A DNA stretch of 64,000 nt from Waterburya sp. (GTDB taxonomy: Bacteria; Cyanobacteriota; Cyanobacteriia; Cyanobacteriales; Xenococcaceae): the NCBI GenBank assembly GCA_965217895.1, contig CBDCJV010000002.1, positions 896,001 through 960,000 on the forward strand. Direction: 5' to 3'. A model generated the notes under the pieces. The model did not search any database. It had not been told where the DNA came from and saw only the letters and a list, made by a program, of their open reading frames with translations. Positions 9,384-18,969 of this stretch are shown one piece after another. Both the position numbers and the translations under genes were made by a program. Position 1 is the first letter of the stretch, and each line of letters starts with the position of its first letter.

Positions 9384-9461
9384 GTAGCTTCAAAATACTC
9401 CATCAAAGGCGATCAATAACTTAATATTAGCGATCCTTTTGATGGAGAAGCTACTTTTTTT
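9384..9461 (+). terminator. long stem-loop plus T-tract between precursor and kinase genes
   Basis: GTAGCTTC/GAAGCTAC outer stem and CTCCATCAAAGG/CCTTTTGATGGAG inner stem, followed by T7. Confidence 0.7.
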
Positions 9462-9504
9462 CTAATTAATTCAAATTAATACTTTTTCTTAAAACTGATT
9501 TGTT

Positions 9505-10707
9505 ATGGGATTAATTCTTAGTGCTGACAATGTAGTTAATTTCTTAAAGCAGCACCAGATTTGTCCTCCAGATTTTCAACCTACTGTTCCAGTAATCTGT
9601 AAAGAGAGTAAAAACTTTAATTTAGTAGTTCAGTCGAAAGATAGTCCTAGTTTTTTAGTTAAGCAAAATCGGCTTGATAGTCAAGGGAAAACTTCAGGGA
9701 ATTTATTTAGCGAATGGTTAGTCCAAGAACTAGTCAATAACTTTAACGAGCTAGCTTCTATTCAACCTTTAATCTCGGAAGTAGTATTATTTGATCGAGC
9801 CAACTCAATTCTGGTATCGGTTTTCTACGATCAATATATCTCTATTGATGACTATTACGAGGTTCGCCAAAGCTATAATCCGCAGATAGCTCAGATGGTT
9901 GGAGCCAATTTAGCTCAAGTTCATCGCACTACCTATCAAAAGCCACATCTCAAAAAGTTTTTGAGTCAATACTTTAATTTAGAACTAGCAAAAAAACCAC
10001 CAGGATTTATTAGAAGATTAAATAGTCTTAGTCCTAGTATTTTTGGTGAAATCTGTCCTGATGGCTTAAATTTTTATAAACTATATCAACGGTTTCCTAG
10101 TCTTAATCGAGCAGTTGTAGAACTGTACGACGATCTACAGCCAGCTTGTCTTACCCATGATGACTTGAAACTAGATAACTTTATTATTGATAATAGTTTT
10201 GATGCCGATCTTGATAGCATTAAGCCAGAACAAATCAAGATAATTGATTGGGAATTGTGTTGCTGGGCAGATCCAGCAACAGATTTAGGAATGCTGATAT
10301 CTCAATATTTAGCAGAATGGCTTAATAGTTTAGTTGCTGATCCAAACCTGGAACTCGATATCATCCTCAGTATAGCTATCTGTCCTCTAGAAAAAATTAC
10401 GCCAAGTCTTAGAGAATTATTGCGAGGATATTTGAATGCCTTTCCCGAAATTATAGAGGATCGCCCTGATTTCGTAAGTAGAATTGTGCAGTTTGCAGGA
10501 ATTGGCATTCTCGATCGCTTAAGTTACCACGTTGAACATCATTATCCTTTCGACAATGATGCTCTTTGCAAACTACAGGTTGCCAAGAATTTACTTTGCT
10601 ATGCCGATAAAGGAATTAAAACGATATTTGGCACTACCGAAGCTGAGTTGATAGAACATTATAGCTCAAAAAAATTAAGTAATTTAAAGACTGTAGCCTT
10701 AAAATAA
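9505..10707 (+). CDS. APH/phosphotransferase-fold peptide kinase (LanK-like)
   Basis: KNFNLVV..FLVKQ (ATP Lys), catalytic loop LTHDDLKLDN, IIDWE, W.DPA.DLG; directly downstream of the precursor and upstream of the HopA1-like gene. Confidence 0.85.
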   Translation: MGLILSADNVVNFLKQHQICPPDFQPTVPVICKESKNFNLVVQSKDSPSFLVKQNRLDSQGKTSGNLFSEWLVQELVNNFNELASIQPLISEVVLFDRANSILVSVFYDQYISIDDYYEVRQSYNPQIAQMVGANLAQVHRTTYQKPHLKKFLSQYFNLELAKKPPGFIRRLNSLSPSIFGEICPDGLNFYKLYQRFPSLNRAVVELYDDLQPACLTHDDLKLDNFIIDNSFDADLDSIKPEQIKIIDWELCCWADPATDLGMLISQYLAEWLNSLVADPNLELDIILSIAICPLEKITPSLRELLRGYLNAFPEIIEDRPDFVSRIVQFAGIGILDRLSYHVEHHYPFDNDALCKLQVAKNLLCYADKGIKTIFGTTEAELIEHYSSKKLSNLKTVALK

Positions 10708-10751
10708 CTCGATATAAATATAAAAATAAAATTAAGCTTAATTTTAAAATT

Positions 10752-11840
10752 ATGATTTCAGCGATCGCTTCTGCAAATCAGTCAGATTTAATAGCCCACC
10801 AGTTTAAGTTTAAACAGCAGCTAGAAAACGTTGTCGCTAAAGTGGCGATCGCCTCAAATTTTACGATCTCCTATGAAGATTTTGAACCTTTAGAAGTTAA
10901 ACCTCATCTTAAAGAGTATTTAAACCAAATCTCTCCTACAGAGCGCAATCAATATCTTGCAGCTAAACTGCAAACATATCTTTACAGTATTTTTTGTACT
11001 AGACTTAAGCCAGATCTCAATAATTCTTTGACTACTGAAGATACGACTAGGGTAGCTAATCGGATTAAAAAATGGTATAAAACCGAGTTTTACCAACAAC
11101 TTACTCAAAATAATCACGGTCAAGGTTACAGCGATCCTAATTGGTTAGTCACTAAGCAAGTAGATGATTATTGGCACGTCACCAAAAATCATCTAACCTT
11201 GCATATTAAAAATAGTCATCTTGTCGAAGCCTCAGAAAAATTATCTCTAGGAAAATTAGTGTCAATTAAAATGCCCTCAAACTTAGTAGATAGAGGTATA
11301 TATATTGCAGTGGGGGATAAAGGTTCAGCCAATAGTATAGGTGGCGATCGAGGCTCTATAATTAACCAACTGTATTTTAATGTTGACTCTCAAGGGGCAT
11401 TACGTCTGCTGGATGATTTAACTCAAACATTAAATCAAATCAAAGTTCCTTTTGATTTTAAAATTGCTTACAACGAGACAAAATTCGACGATCTTGATGC
11501 GGTGGTTTTAGAGTTTAGAAACAATGATTTCGATCTGATATATCCTGTAGTCCAAACTGCTTGTTACGAACGTCAAACTTATTTTCGCTCAGAGATCCCC
11601 TTCTTTTGCCAGTTTCTCTCCCCTGGTTTGGGGTTGGCAGAAAAACCGCGATCGCCAAAATTCGCACGAGAGAATATCGGGCAACACTATTGCGGTATCA
11701 TCGCCCAGGCTTTAGTCGAAATATGGCAGCAAAACAATTTAATTGAAAATAAATTAGATTATGTCCTAAATTACTTATCCGCAGGGGGGGTAGATATCGA
11801 ACGTCTTTATCTTAATCCTCATTTACAGAGCAATGATTGA
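10752..11840 (+). CDS. HopA1-family (LanY-like) protein, apparently divergent at conserved motifs
   Basis: NNHGQGYSDPNW, LTLHI, KMPSNLVDRGIYIAVGD, LYFN, PFDFK, PGLGLAEKP, LYLN match cyanobacterial HopA1-family proteins paired with APH kinases. Confidence 0.8.
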   Translation: MISAIASANQSDLIAHQFKFKQQLENVVAKVAIASNFTISYEDFEPLEVKPHLKEYLNQISPTERNQYLAAKLQTYLYSIFCTRLKPDLNNSLTTEDTTRVANRIKKWYKTEFYQQLTQNNHGQGYSDPNWLVTKQVDDYWHVTKNHLTLHIKNSHLVEASEKLSLGKLVSIKMPSNLVDRGIYIAVGDKGSANSIGGDRGSIINQLYFNVDSQGALRLLDDLTQTLNQIKVPFDFKIAYNETKFDDLDAVVLEFRNNDFDLIYPVVQTACYERQTYFRSEIPFFCQFLSPGLGLAEKPRSPKFARENIGQHYCGIIAQALVEIWQQNNLIENKLDYVLNYLSAGGVDIERLYLNPHLQSND

Positions 11841-11929
11841 CAGAATGCAGGTATTAAATCTCCTGTTTAGAAAAAGTAAAAAACACGGCTCTTAATTAAA
11901 ATTTAATCTATCAACCAATCATTTTTATT

Positions 11930-12634
11930 ATGCCTATTGAACCTTGGTTTCCCCTTGTTGTCTATTATGCAGACTTAGAAGATGCCTCAAAACATAAAGA
12001 GTCTCTAGTATCTACAATTCTCAAGCTGGAAAAAGAAAATGGTTATCAAAGAAGAATCGATGCTGATATTGCCTGGACTGGAGATTTTCACGGAGTAGGA
12101 CATATTCATGAACATCCCAATTTTACTTGGATTGTTGAGCAAATGGAAGCTCACATTCTCCGTTATCTTGAAGAGTTGGGGATTGATTTAGACAAAATAG
12201 AATTGTATATTCAAAGAGCTTGGCCCATTGTGTCTCGTGAAAATCAAGCAATTCCTCCCCATGCTCATCACAATGCTCACGTCAGTGCCGTATACTATGT
12301 ATCCATTCCTGAAAGTGGTACTGCCAAATCTGGTGCGTTTACGATTTACAATGATGCGGGGATGAACGAAATTCTTGAAGGTATAGGAGACGAGTATACT
12401 AATGCCATTAAGAAAAGAAACCCATTCAACTATGAAACAGGATACTATGCGCCTAAAGAAGGAAGAATATTAATATTTCCCTCAAAGCAACGTCATGGCG
12501 TAGAAGCCAACGAAACTGGAGAGATCAGAATCTCATTATCTTTCGATGTTGTCATTACCTCTTCAGAAAATGGAGATCCTGGATTGCATGAATTTTTATC
12601 GCCCCCACCAAGCCAGTGGAAAAAATTTGGATAG
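11930..12634 (+). CDS. putative 2OG-Fe(II) oxygenase (TIGR02466-like)
   Basis: PHAH..AHVSAVYYV, GRILIFPS...HGVE.N....RISLSFD. Confidence 0.8.
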   Translation: MPIEPWFPLVVYYADLEDASKHKESLVSTILKLEKENGYQRRIDADIAWTGDFHGVGHIHEHPNFTWIVEQMEAHILRYLEELGIDLDKIELYIQRAWPIVSRENQAIPPHAHHNAHVSAVYYVSIPESGTAKSGAFTIYNDAGMNEILEGIGDEYTNAIKKRNPFNYETGYYAPKEGRILIFPSKQRHGVEANETGEIRISLSFDVVITSSENGDPGLHEFLSPPPSQWKKFG

Positions 12635-12816
12635 AAACAAAGGTAGTCTTGAAGAAGAGTCATTCCAACTAATTTCCTCTTTGCACCATTTCTTTAACCA
12701 ATGGAAGAAAAATGGCGATCGCTTCTTGTCGATCGATGATTCTAATTTTAATGAGCAAATCTGAAGCTAAAGCCAGTAAGTTTGCCGTGTGAATAAAACG
12801 ATGAACTCCAAAAAAT

Positions 12817-13737
12817 TTAGTCATGACGACGTGAGAAAGATTTTGCTTCGACAAAGAGATTTTTAATCTCTGGATGCTGACTACGAATTTTTGCTTCTAA
12901 ACGATCGATGGCCTCTGTTAGCTCTTCAACTGATAATTCTCGCTGAAAGATAATTTCAATATTAAGTAATACTTCGTCAGGTCCAAAATGCAATGTAAGT
13001 ACTCGCATTACTTCTTTAACGGCCCGATCTTTGGCTGCTAATTCGCGAATACTGTTAACCGTCGCAATATCAGCACTTTCACCTACTAATAAACCTTTAC
13101 ATTCATACGCCAGCAGAACAGCAACTATTGTCAAAATAATGCCAATAATAACCGAAGCTGCTCCGTCAAAATAAGGATTTTTTAATAAATGACCCAAGAA
13201 AACGCCCAAAAAAGCGACTATTAAACCTAGAAGAGCAGCAGAGTCTTCAAATAAAACCGTAAAAATAGTCGGGTCTTTACTATTTTTTGCTGCTTGCCAA
13301 ATGTTTCGATCGCCCTGGGATGATAATAACTCCCGATAAGCCACACGCCAAGATAATCCTTCAAACACGAACGCACAGCCTAAAACAATATAACTCCATA
13401 AAGGATCTTCTAAAGGAGACGGCTCAATTAAATGAGTTATGCCTTCATAAAAAGACATTCCACCACCAAGGGCAAAAATGAGAATCGCTACGATTAGAGT
13501 CCAGAAATATAATTCTTGACCATAACCAAACGGATGACTGGCATCTGCTGGTTTTTTACTGAGACGGATGCCCAATAATAACAGTAATTCATTGCTTGTA
13601 TCGACTACCGAATGAATACCTTCTGAGAGCATAGCCGAACTACCGCTAATTCCTGCTGCAATAAATTTAGTAATGGCGATCGCTAAGTTAGCAGCGATCG
13701 CCGCAAAAATAGTTTTTTTTGAGGAGTCAGATGCCAT
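12817..13737 (-). CDS. cation diffusion facilitator family transporter
   Basis: SAMLSEGIHSVVD, HPFGYGQE, VLFEDSAAL, C-terminal dimerisation domain. Confidence 0.9.
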   Translation of the reverse strand: MASDSSKKTIFAAIAANLAIAITKFIAAGISGSSAMLSEGIHSVVDTSNELLLLLGIRLSKKPADASHPFGYGQELYFWTLIVAILIFALGGGMSFYEGITHLIEPSPLEDPLWSYIVLGCAFVFEGLSWRVAYRELLSSQGDRNIWQAAKNSKDPTIFTVLFEDSAALLGLIVAFLGVFLGHLLKNPYFDGAASVIIGIILTIVAVLLAYECKGLLVGESADIATVNSIRELAAKDRAVKEVMRVLTLHFGPDEVLLNIEIIFQRELSVEELTEAIDRLEAKIRSQHPEIKNLFVEAKSFSRRHD

Positions 13738-13830
13738 AATCGGTTTAAGTAGTTAATTATAAGAGAAAACCAATACCGATAATAATGGACTAAGGAGTCG
13801 GCGACATACTGCCTAAACCTAAAAGCTTGT

Positions 13831-14172
13831 TCAGGTTTGCGGTTTAGATAAAGCTTGTAATTCCGACCAAGAATAGTGAGCGAGAATTTCATTTTCTCCC
13901 TGGGCTTCTCCTAAAACTTCCATCGCTTTTTGTTCGAGTTCTTCTAGATCTTCTCCTACTACATCACCAACTGCACCGCCAACTACCGCACCAGCGATCG
14001 CCCCCAATACCTTACCAGTTTTGCCGCCAATTAATTTACTACCAATCGCAGCACCAGCTACACCGCCACTTACCGCGCCAATTCCTGTTTCTATGGCGTT
14101 ATGCTTCGGTTGCTGAGTGAGTTCTTGTGTTTTTTGCTCTTGCCTTTCTTTATTCTTGTTTTCTTCGTTCAT
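13831..14172 (-). CDS. glycine-zipper small protein
   Basis: GAVSGGVAGAAIG...GAIAGAVVGGAVG. Confidence 0.6.
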   Translation of the reverse strand: MNEENKNKERQEQKTQELTQQPKHNAIETGIGAVSGGVAGAAIGSKLIGGKTGKVLGAIAGAVVGGAVGDVVGEDLEELEQKAMEVLGEAQGENEILAHYSWSELQALSKPQT

Positions 14173-14498
14173 CTTAGGCTATCCTCTCTTACTTTTTACT
14201 TTTTACTCAAGGGGTCAAGCTGGAGAAATACCGCCTTTATACTGTACCTGTTCAAAGTCCCGTTCTCTCAAAGGCAACAGTAACAGTGCTGCGCCATAAA
14301 CTTTAGTATTGCCACCTACCCAATCTAAATGCTTAACAGCTTAACAGGGCAAGAGATAGCAAAAAAGCGTCGAGCAAATAAGTTTCTATCAGCCAATACA
14401 TCCATTTTATTGCTAATTTCCTTTGCGATCTACTTTAATAGAGTAGATCGATTAAATGTCAGAGTTGTGTCAATGTCATAAAATTCAGCAAGTTTCAT

Positions 14499-14591
14499 CT
14501 AATTGTTAATGAAGTAAGAAGTAACTGACCTCTGACCTCTGACCTGAAGCGAGCGAACATCAACGTTGAATTTAATTTTGTCCAACTACTT
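14499..14591. repeat. partial copy of the MITE at 43997-44202
   Basis: Near-identical ctaattgttaatgaagtaagaag..ctgacctctgacc..gcgaacatcaacgttgaatttaattttgtccaactactt; third partial copy at about 40352-40417. Confidence 0.8.
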
Positions 14592-14858
14592 TAGAATCTC
14601 TGTAAAAACTTTAAAATAGTTAAATGGTTATTTGAATGGACTATTAGCCAAGATATATTTGGCTTTCCTAAGCTATCAATGTACGGCTCTTTCTCATAAA
14701 TCATTCCTGATTGCTATAGCTTTCTGAGGCTATTACGTTTAGGCGTTGCTAAATCACTAATTGTAGAAGTCATCTGTGGTAGATTAGACTTTAACTATGG
14801 AAAGTACTTGTCGTCTCTATAAATTGAAATTGGCAATTTTTATTTTATTTTTAAGCTT

Positions 14859-16148
14859 ATGGTAATTACAAAAAAAGGACTGATTTTGGGAACAACTGCT
14901 GTAGCTCTATCGGCTGTTGCAGTTGTTGGAACAGGCATATACCTAAAAAGTCAGGCTTTCATTCAAACTGGTCCAAAAGAGACAGTGGACGAAGTCTGGC
15001 AAATTATCAATCATCAGTATGTAGACACTAGCTTTAATCATACTGATTGGTCAAAAATTCGTCAGCAATATGTTAAAAATGCTGCTTATGAAAACAAACA
15101 AGATGCTTACAAAGCAATTCGAGAAATGCTGGGTAAGCTAGGAGATCCTTATACGCGCTTTATGAATCCAGAGGAGTTTCAGAATATGCGCATTGATACT
15201 TCAGGGGAGTTAACTGGAGTAGGTATTACCATTGCTAAAGATGAAAAGACAAACAGATTAATAGTTATATCTCCCGTTGAAGATACTCCTGCGTTTAAAG
15301 CGGGTATCCTAGCACAAGATTTAATTACCAAAATTGACGGTCAAGATACTAAAGGAATGGATGTCAACGATGCGGTTAAGTTGATTAGAGGCGAAGAAGG
15401 AACTCAGGTTAATCTAACAATTGATCGCCAGGGTAAAAAGAAAGACTATAACATTGTGCGCGAAAAAATTGAGATTCATCCTGTTCGAGCAGCCGTTAAA
15501 GATACTGACATCGGCAAGATAGGATATATTCGCCTGACAACCTTCAATGAGAATGCTGCTAAAGATATGCAGAAGGCGATTGAATCTCAGGAAAAAGAAG
15601 GTGTTGTTGGCTATGTACTAGATCTACGCTCTAATCCAGGGGGTTTACTTTACTCGTCAATTAATATTGCTCGGATGTGGATTAATGACGGTACGATTGT
15701 CTCTACTGTCGATCGCCAAGGAGTAAGCGATCGCGAATCAGCAACCCACAAAGCTTTAACGCAAAAGCCTCTAGTTGTTTTGGTCAACGAAGGTTCAGCC
15801 AGTGCCAGCGAAATTCTTTCTGGTGCGCTACAAGATAATAAACGAGCAACTTTACTTGGTACAAAAACTTTTGGTAAAGGTCTGGTGCAGTCAGTTCGTC
15901 CTCTGGGGGATGGCTCTGGATTAGCAGTGACTATTGCTAAGTATCTTACCCCTAGCGGTAGAGATATTAACAAGCATGGAATTGACCCCGATGTCTTAGT
16001 AAAATTGAACGAAAAGCAGCTAAAAGAGCTTTATGGTGGCACTTCTGATAATTTAGGTTCAAAAAATGATCCGCAATTTTCTAAGGCAATTGATGTGCTA
16101 AATAAAGATTTGGCGCATCAGGACTCTAAACCTCAAGCAGCTAAGTAA
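14859..16148 (+). CDS. ctpC: carboxyl-terminal processing protease (S41, PDZ), CtpC-like
   Basis: LDLRSNPGG, SASASEI, TFGKGLVQ; N-terminus MVITKKGLILG resembles CtpC (paralog assignment tentative). Confidence 0.8.
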   Translation: MVITKKGLILGTTAVALSAVAVVGTGIYLKSQAFIQTGPKETVDEVWQIINHQYVDTSFNHTDWSKIRQQYVKNAAYENKQDAYKAIREMLGKLGDPYTRFMNPEEFQNMRIDTSGELTGVGITIAKDEKTNRLIVISPVEDTPAFKAGILAQDLITKIDGQDTKGMDVNDAVKLIRGEEGTQVNLTIDRQGKKKDYNIVREKIEIHPVRAAVKDTDIGKIGYIRLTTFNENAAKDMQKAIESQEKEGVVGYVLDLRSNPGGLLYSSINIARMWINDGTIVSTVDRQGVSDRESATHKALTQKPLVVLVNEGSASASEILSGALQDNKRATLLGTKTFGKGLVQSVRPLGDGSGLAVTIAKYLTPSGRDINKHGIDPDVLVKLNEKQLKELYGGTSDNLGSKNDPQFSKAIDVLNKDLAHQDSKPQAAK

Positions 16149-16175
16149 GACTAAAGTTACTAATAACTAACTTAA

Positions 16176-16358
16176 CTATTGGGGTTTGCACTTACCAGCC
16201 CTAATTAAACCAATTTTCTTGGCGATCGCCTCTTGCTCGCTAGCAAATGAACCCCAATGTTTTTGCTCTGGGGTTTTTGTTTGAGATTTGTCAAAAACAG
16301 CTATTTCACAAGTTCCATTGCCTTGCTTTATTACATACCAAAACTGTTTATCCGTCAT
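16176..16358 (-). CDS. small conserved cyanobacterial hypothetical protein
   Basis: WYVIKQ..G.CEI...WGSF.SEQEAIAKKIGLIRAGKCKP. Confidence 0.65.
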   Translation of the reverse strand: MTDKQFWYVIKQGNGTCEIAVFDKSQTKTPEQKHWGSFASEQEAIAKKIGLIRAGKCKPQ

Positions 16359-16431
16359 AGTTTAGCCAAAAAAATAAGGGGCTATGATACTTGCCCCAGC
16401 TTTTGATATTTTAAATTAAACAAAAGAAAAA

Positions 16432-16548
16432 TTATTCTGAATCACTACGACCAGGATTACGGGAAGGATCGCTAGATAGGAAGCCAAAGATAAAAATGCC
16501 AATGAAGAAAAATACGGTGATGTAAACAACAATTTTGAGAGTAGCCAT
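16432..16548 (-). CDS. psbI: photosystem II protein I
   Basis: Manual translation [38 protein letters not shown] (38 aa); hairpin plus T-tract follows at about 16367-16400. Confidence 0.97.
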   Translation of the reverse strand: MATLKIVVYITVFFFIGIFIFGFLSSDPSRNPGRSDSE

Positions 16549-16795
16549 GTTAATTATCTCCTGATAAGTCTAAAAAATGTTAACCAAATTATTAATAAGC
16601 GTTTTTTGTTCCAAAAACATATTTTAGTAGCTGATAATGTTACTAAAATGAACTACCCTATACAACCATAAGGTCGCAGACGGAATTAAAATTTTGAAAC
16701 CAATATTACGTAATTATTAAATCATACCTGAATACACTCCCACAATCCGATTTTTTCTCTGATATGGGTTCAAGTACTTAAAATATATCTACAAC

Positions 16796-17914
16796 ATGGC
16801 TAATTCTGAACTATCTCCATTATTACGAACTCCTCTTTATAGTCTGGCACAAGCTGCAAAAGCTCGTTTTACTGGCTTTTCAGGCTGGGAAATGCCCGTA
16901 CAGTATTTAGGGTTAAAAATTGAACATCAAGCAGTACGTACCCAAGCAGGAATGTTTGATATTTCTCACATGGGTAAATTTACTTTTGCGGGTAAGAATT
17001 TAATTAGTGCTTGGCAGAATTTAGTACCTTCAGACTTGAGCCGTTTGCAGCCTGGAGAAGCAATGTATACGGTGCTGCTTAACCCCCAAGGCGGAATTAT
17101 CGACGACATTATTTTTTATTACCAAGGAGAACGCGAAACAGAGCAAAAAGCTGTGCTAATTGTTAATGCAGGAACAACCGACAAGGATAAAGCCTGGATT
17201 TTAGAAAATCTGCAATCTGATTCGGTGACGATGGCAGACATATCCCAGCAACAGGCTCTAATTGCTTTACAAGGGCCTAAAGCCAGTCAGATTTTACAAA
17301 GTTTGGTGGCAGAAGATATAAGTGCGATGAAGGCTTTTACACATCAAACCGTCAGCATCAACGGTAGTGCTGCATTTATTGCTCGAACTGGCTATACAGG
17401 AGAAGATGGGTTTGAAATTATGCTTGAACCAGCAGCAGCACTACAGCTATGGCAGTCTTTTTTGAAGGCGGGGGTAATTCCCTGTGGTTTGGGTGCTAGA
17501 GATACTTTGCGCTTAGAAGCAGCAATGAGTCTTTATGGGCAAGAGATTGATGAGACCATTTCGCCTCTAGAAGCTGGCTTAAACTGGGTGGTGCATCTAG
17601 ATGACAAGCAAGACTTTATCGGACGCTCTGCCTTAGAAAAACAAAAAGAAGAGGGAGTAAAACGCCGTTTAGTAGGTTTGGAAATGTCAGGTAGACACAT
17701 AGCTCGTCATGGCTATCGTGTTATGTCCGAAGGGGAAGCAGTAGGAGAAGTAACCAGCGGAACTTTAGCTCCTACTGTAGGAAAAGCGATCGCTTTGGCC
17801 TATGTGCCTAAGTTTTTAAGTAAAGTGGGACAGGCTTTAGAAATTGAAATCCGTGGCAAAACCTATCCTGCTACGGTGGTCAAAAAACCCTTTTATCGTT
17901 CACCCCATCGTTAA
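16796..17914 (+). CDS. gcvT: glycine cleavage system aminomethyltransferase T
   Basis: RTPLY, GWEMPVQY, FDISHMG, RTGYTGEDGFE, GLGARDTLRLEA. Confidence 0.97.
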   Translation: MANSELSPLLRTPLYSLAQAAKARFTGFSGWEMPVQYLGLKIEHQAVRTQAGMFDISHMGKFTFAGKNLISAWQNLVPSDLSRLQPGEAMYTVLLNPQGGIIDDIIFYYQGERETEQKAVLIVNAGTTDKDKAWILENLQSDSVTMADISQQQALIALQGPKASQILQSLVAEDISAMKAFTHQTVSINGSAAFIARTGYTGEDGFEIMLEPAAALQLWQSFLKAGVIPCGLGARDTLRLEAAMSLYGQEIDETISPLEAGLNWVVHLDDKQDFIGRSALEKQKEEGVKRRLVGLEMSGRHIARHGYRVMSEGEAVGEVTSGTLAPTVGKAIALAYVPKFLSKVGQALEIEIRGKTYPATVVKKPFYRSPHR

Positions 17915-18011
17915 ATTAACTGATGTTACGCACTAATTAATCTGTTGAGACTGGGAAAGCCCACCGCCCTGAGATGCGGACAAGTCCTTTGTGAGGTTTT
18001 GCGACTACGTA

Positions 18012-18455
18012 TTAAACAAATGGTTTGATAATCTTGCGGGAAATTGCCAAGTCAAGAATAAAACGAGCGATCGCAAAACAAATAATACTTTGAAAGACTA
18101 AAAATAATAAAGATAATAGCTCAGATAAAACAAAGTTTACTTCAACCAGGGCAAGTCCTCTAACCAAGCCAAATGCCAATACTGCACCATCGTTTAAATG
18201 AAAGTTGCGATCGTCACGAATAATATATCGATAGGTAACGCCAAACAGAAAACCGCTAATTGAACCGATAGCTAGCTGTATCAGCAATTGCCAGTCTACT
18301 ACTGCCGTAGCTTCTGGCTTTGCCACTAGTTCGACAATCAAAGTTTTAGCTAAAATAATCACCAATTCGGCGACAGTAAAAGCGACTGCACCCAATATTC
18401 CTGCTTTGACAGATTCTATTCTTTCGATTACTAAACTTGGCACAATCCTCACCAC
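18012..18455 (-). CDS. conserved cyanobacterial membrane protein
   Basis: ERIESVKAG, LFGVTYRYIIR.D.N.HL..GAVLAFGLVRGLA; several TM segments. Confidence 0.7.
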   Translation of the reverse strand: MVRIVPSLVIERIESVKAGILGAVAFTVAELVIILAKTLIVELVAKPEATAVVDWQLLIQLAIGSISGFLFGVTYRYIIRDDRNFHLNDGAVLAFGLVRGLALVEVNFVLSELLSLLFLVFQSIICFAIARFILDLAISRKIIKPFV

Positions 18456-18526
18456 AAAAGACCACTTAAGAAGTATGATAGGGTTTATATTGCCAGATTA
18501 ATTACATATTTCCCAAAAATACTAAT

Positions 18527-18616
18527 ATGGATATTTTGACACTAGGCTGGGTGACTATCTTAGCTTTGTTTACGTGGTCGATTGCTATGGTTGTTTGGGG
18601 TCGTAACGGATTCTAA
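18527..18616 (+). CDS. petN: cytochrome b6f subunit 8
   Basis: Manual translation [29 protein letters not shown]. Confidence 0.97.
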   Translation: MDILTLGWVTILALFTWSIAMVVWGRNGF

Positions 18617-18619
18617 GTC

Positions 18620-18763
18620 GTGGAAACAAACGAATTACTAAACACTCTATTTCTTGCTGCCGTAGGTATACTAGGGCTAGTTAGTTTGGGGATTTCATAC
18701 CTGACTATAGTTCAATGGCGCGATCGCCGTCGTCAAGGGCGCGATAAGCGAGGCGGAGTCTAA
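18620..18763 (+). CDS. 47-aa single-TM small protein directly after petN
   Basis: GTG 3 nt after petN stop; METNELLNTLFLAAVGILGLVSLGISYLTIVQWRDRRRQGRDKRGGV. Confidence 0.65.
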   Translation: METNELLNTLFLAAVGILGLVSLGISYLTIVQWRDRRRQGRDKRGGV

Positions 18764-18969
18764 AACTCAACAAAAAGCAATATTTGACCGCGGTAGGGAT
18801 GCTATTTTTAGTATCCCTATAGTTTTTTAGAGTTTTTTAAACTTGCTATTTAAAAAAAATTATAATTATCACGAACAAGAATTACCCATTCGCAGGGGGA
18901 AGTGCGTAAATCCTAGATTATCTTCTTGTTAATAAATTCTCTTTAAATTCAATTAATACAGGTATAATA

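Noticed and set aside
9085..9406. Minus-strand repetitive ORFs (LPPLLP, AAFTTFT, CRLYYLY repeats)
   Set aside because: Antisense shadows of the precursor's 21-bp repeat; only the + frame has an RBS, a GG leader and synonymous-only variation
9104..12634. Calling the locus a canonical class V lanthipeptide/AviCys cluster
   Set aside because: No LanC, LanD or methyltransferase in the locus, no C-terminal Cys, and the LanY motifs look altered
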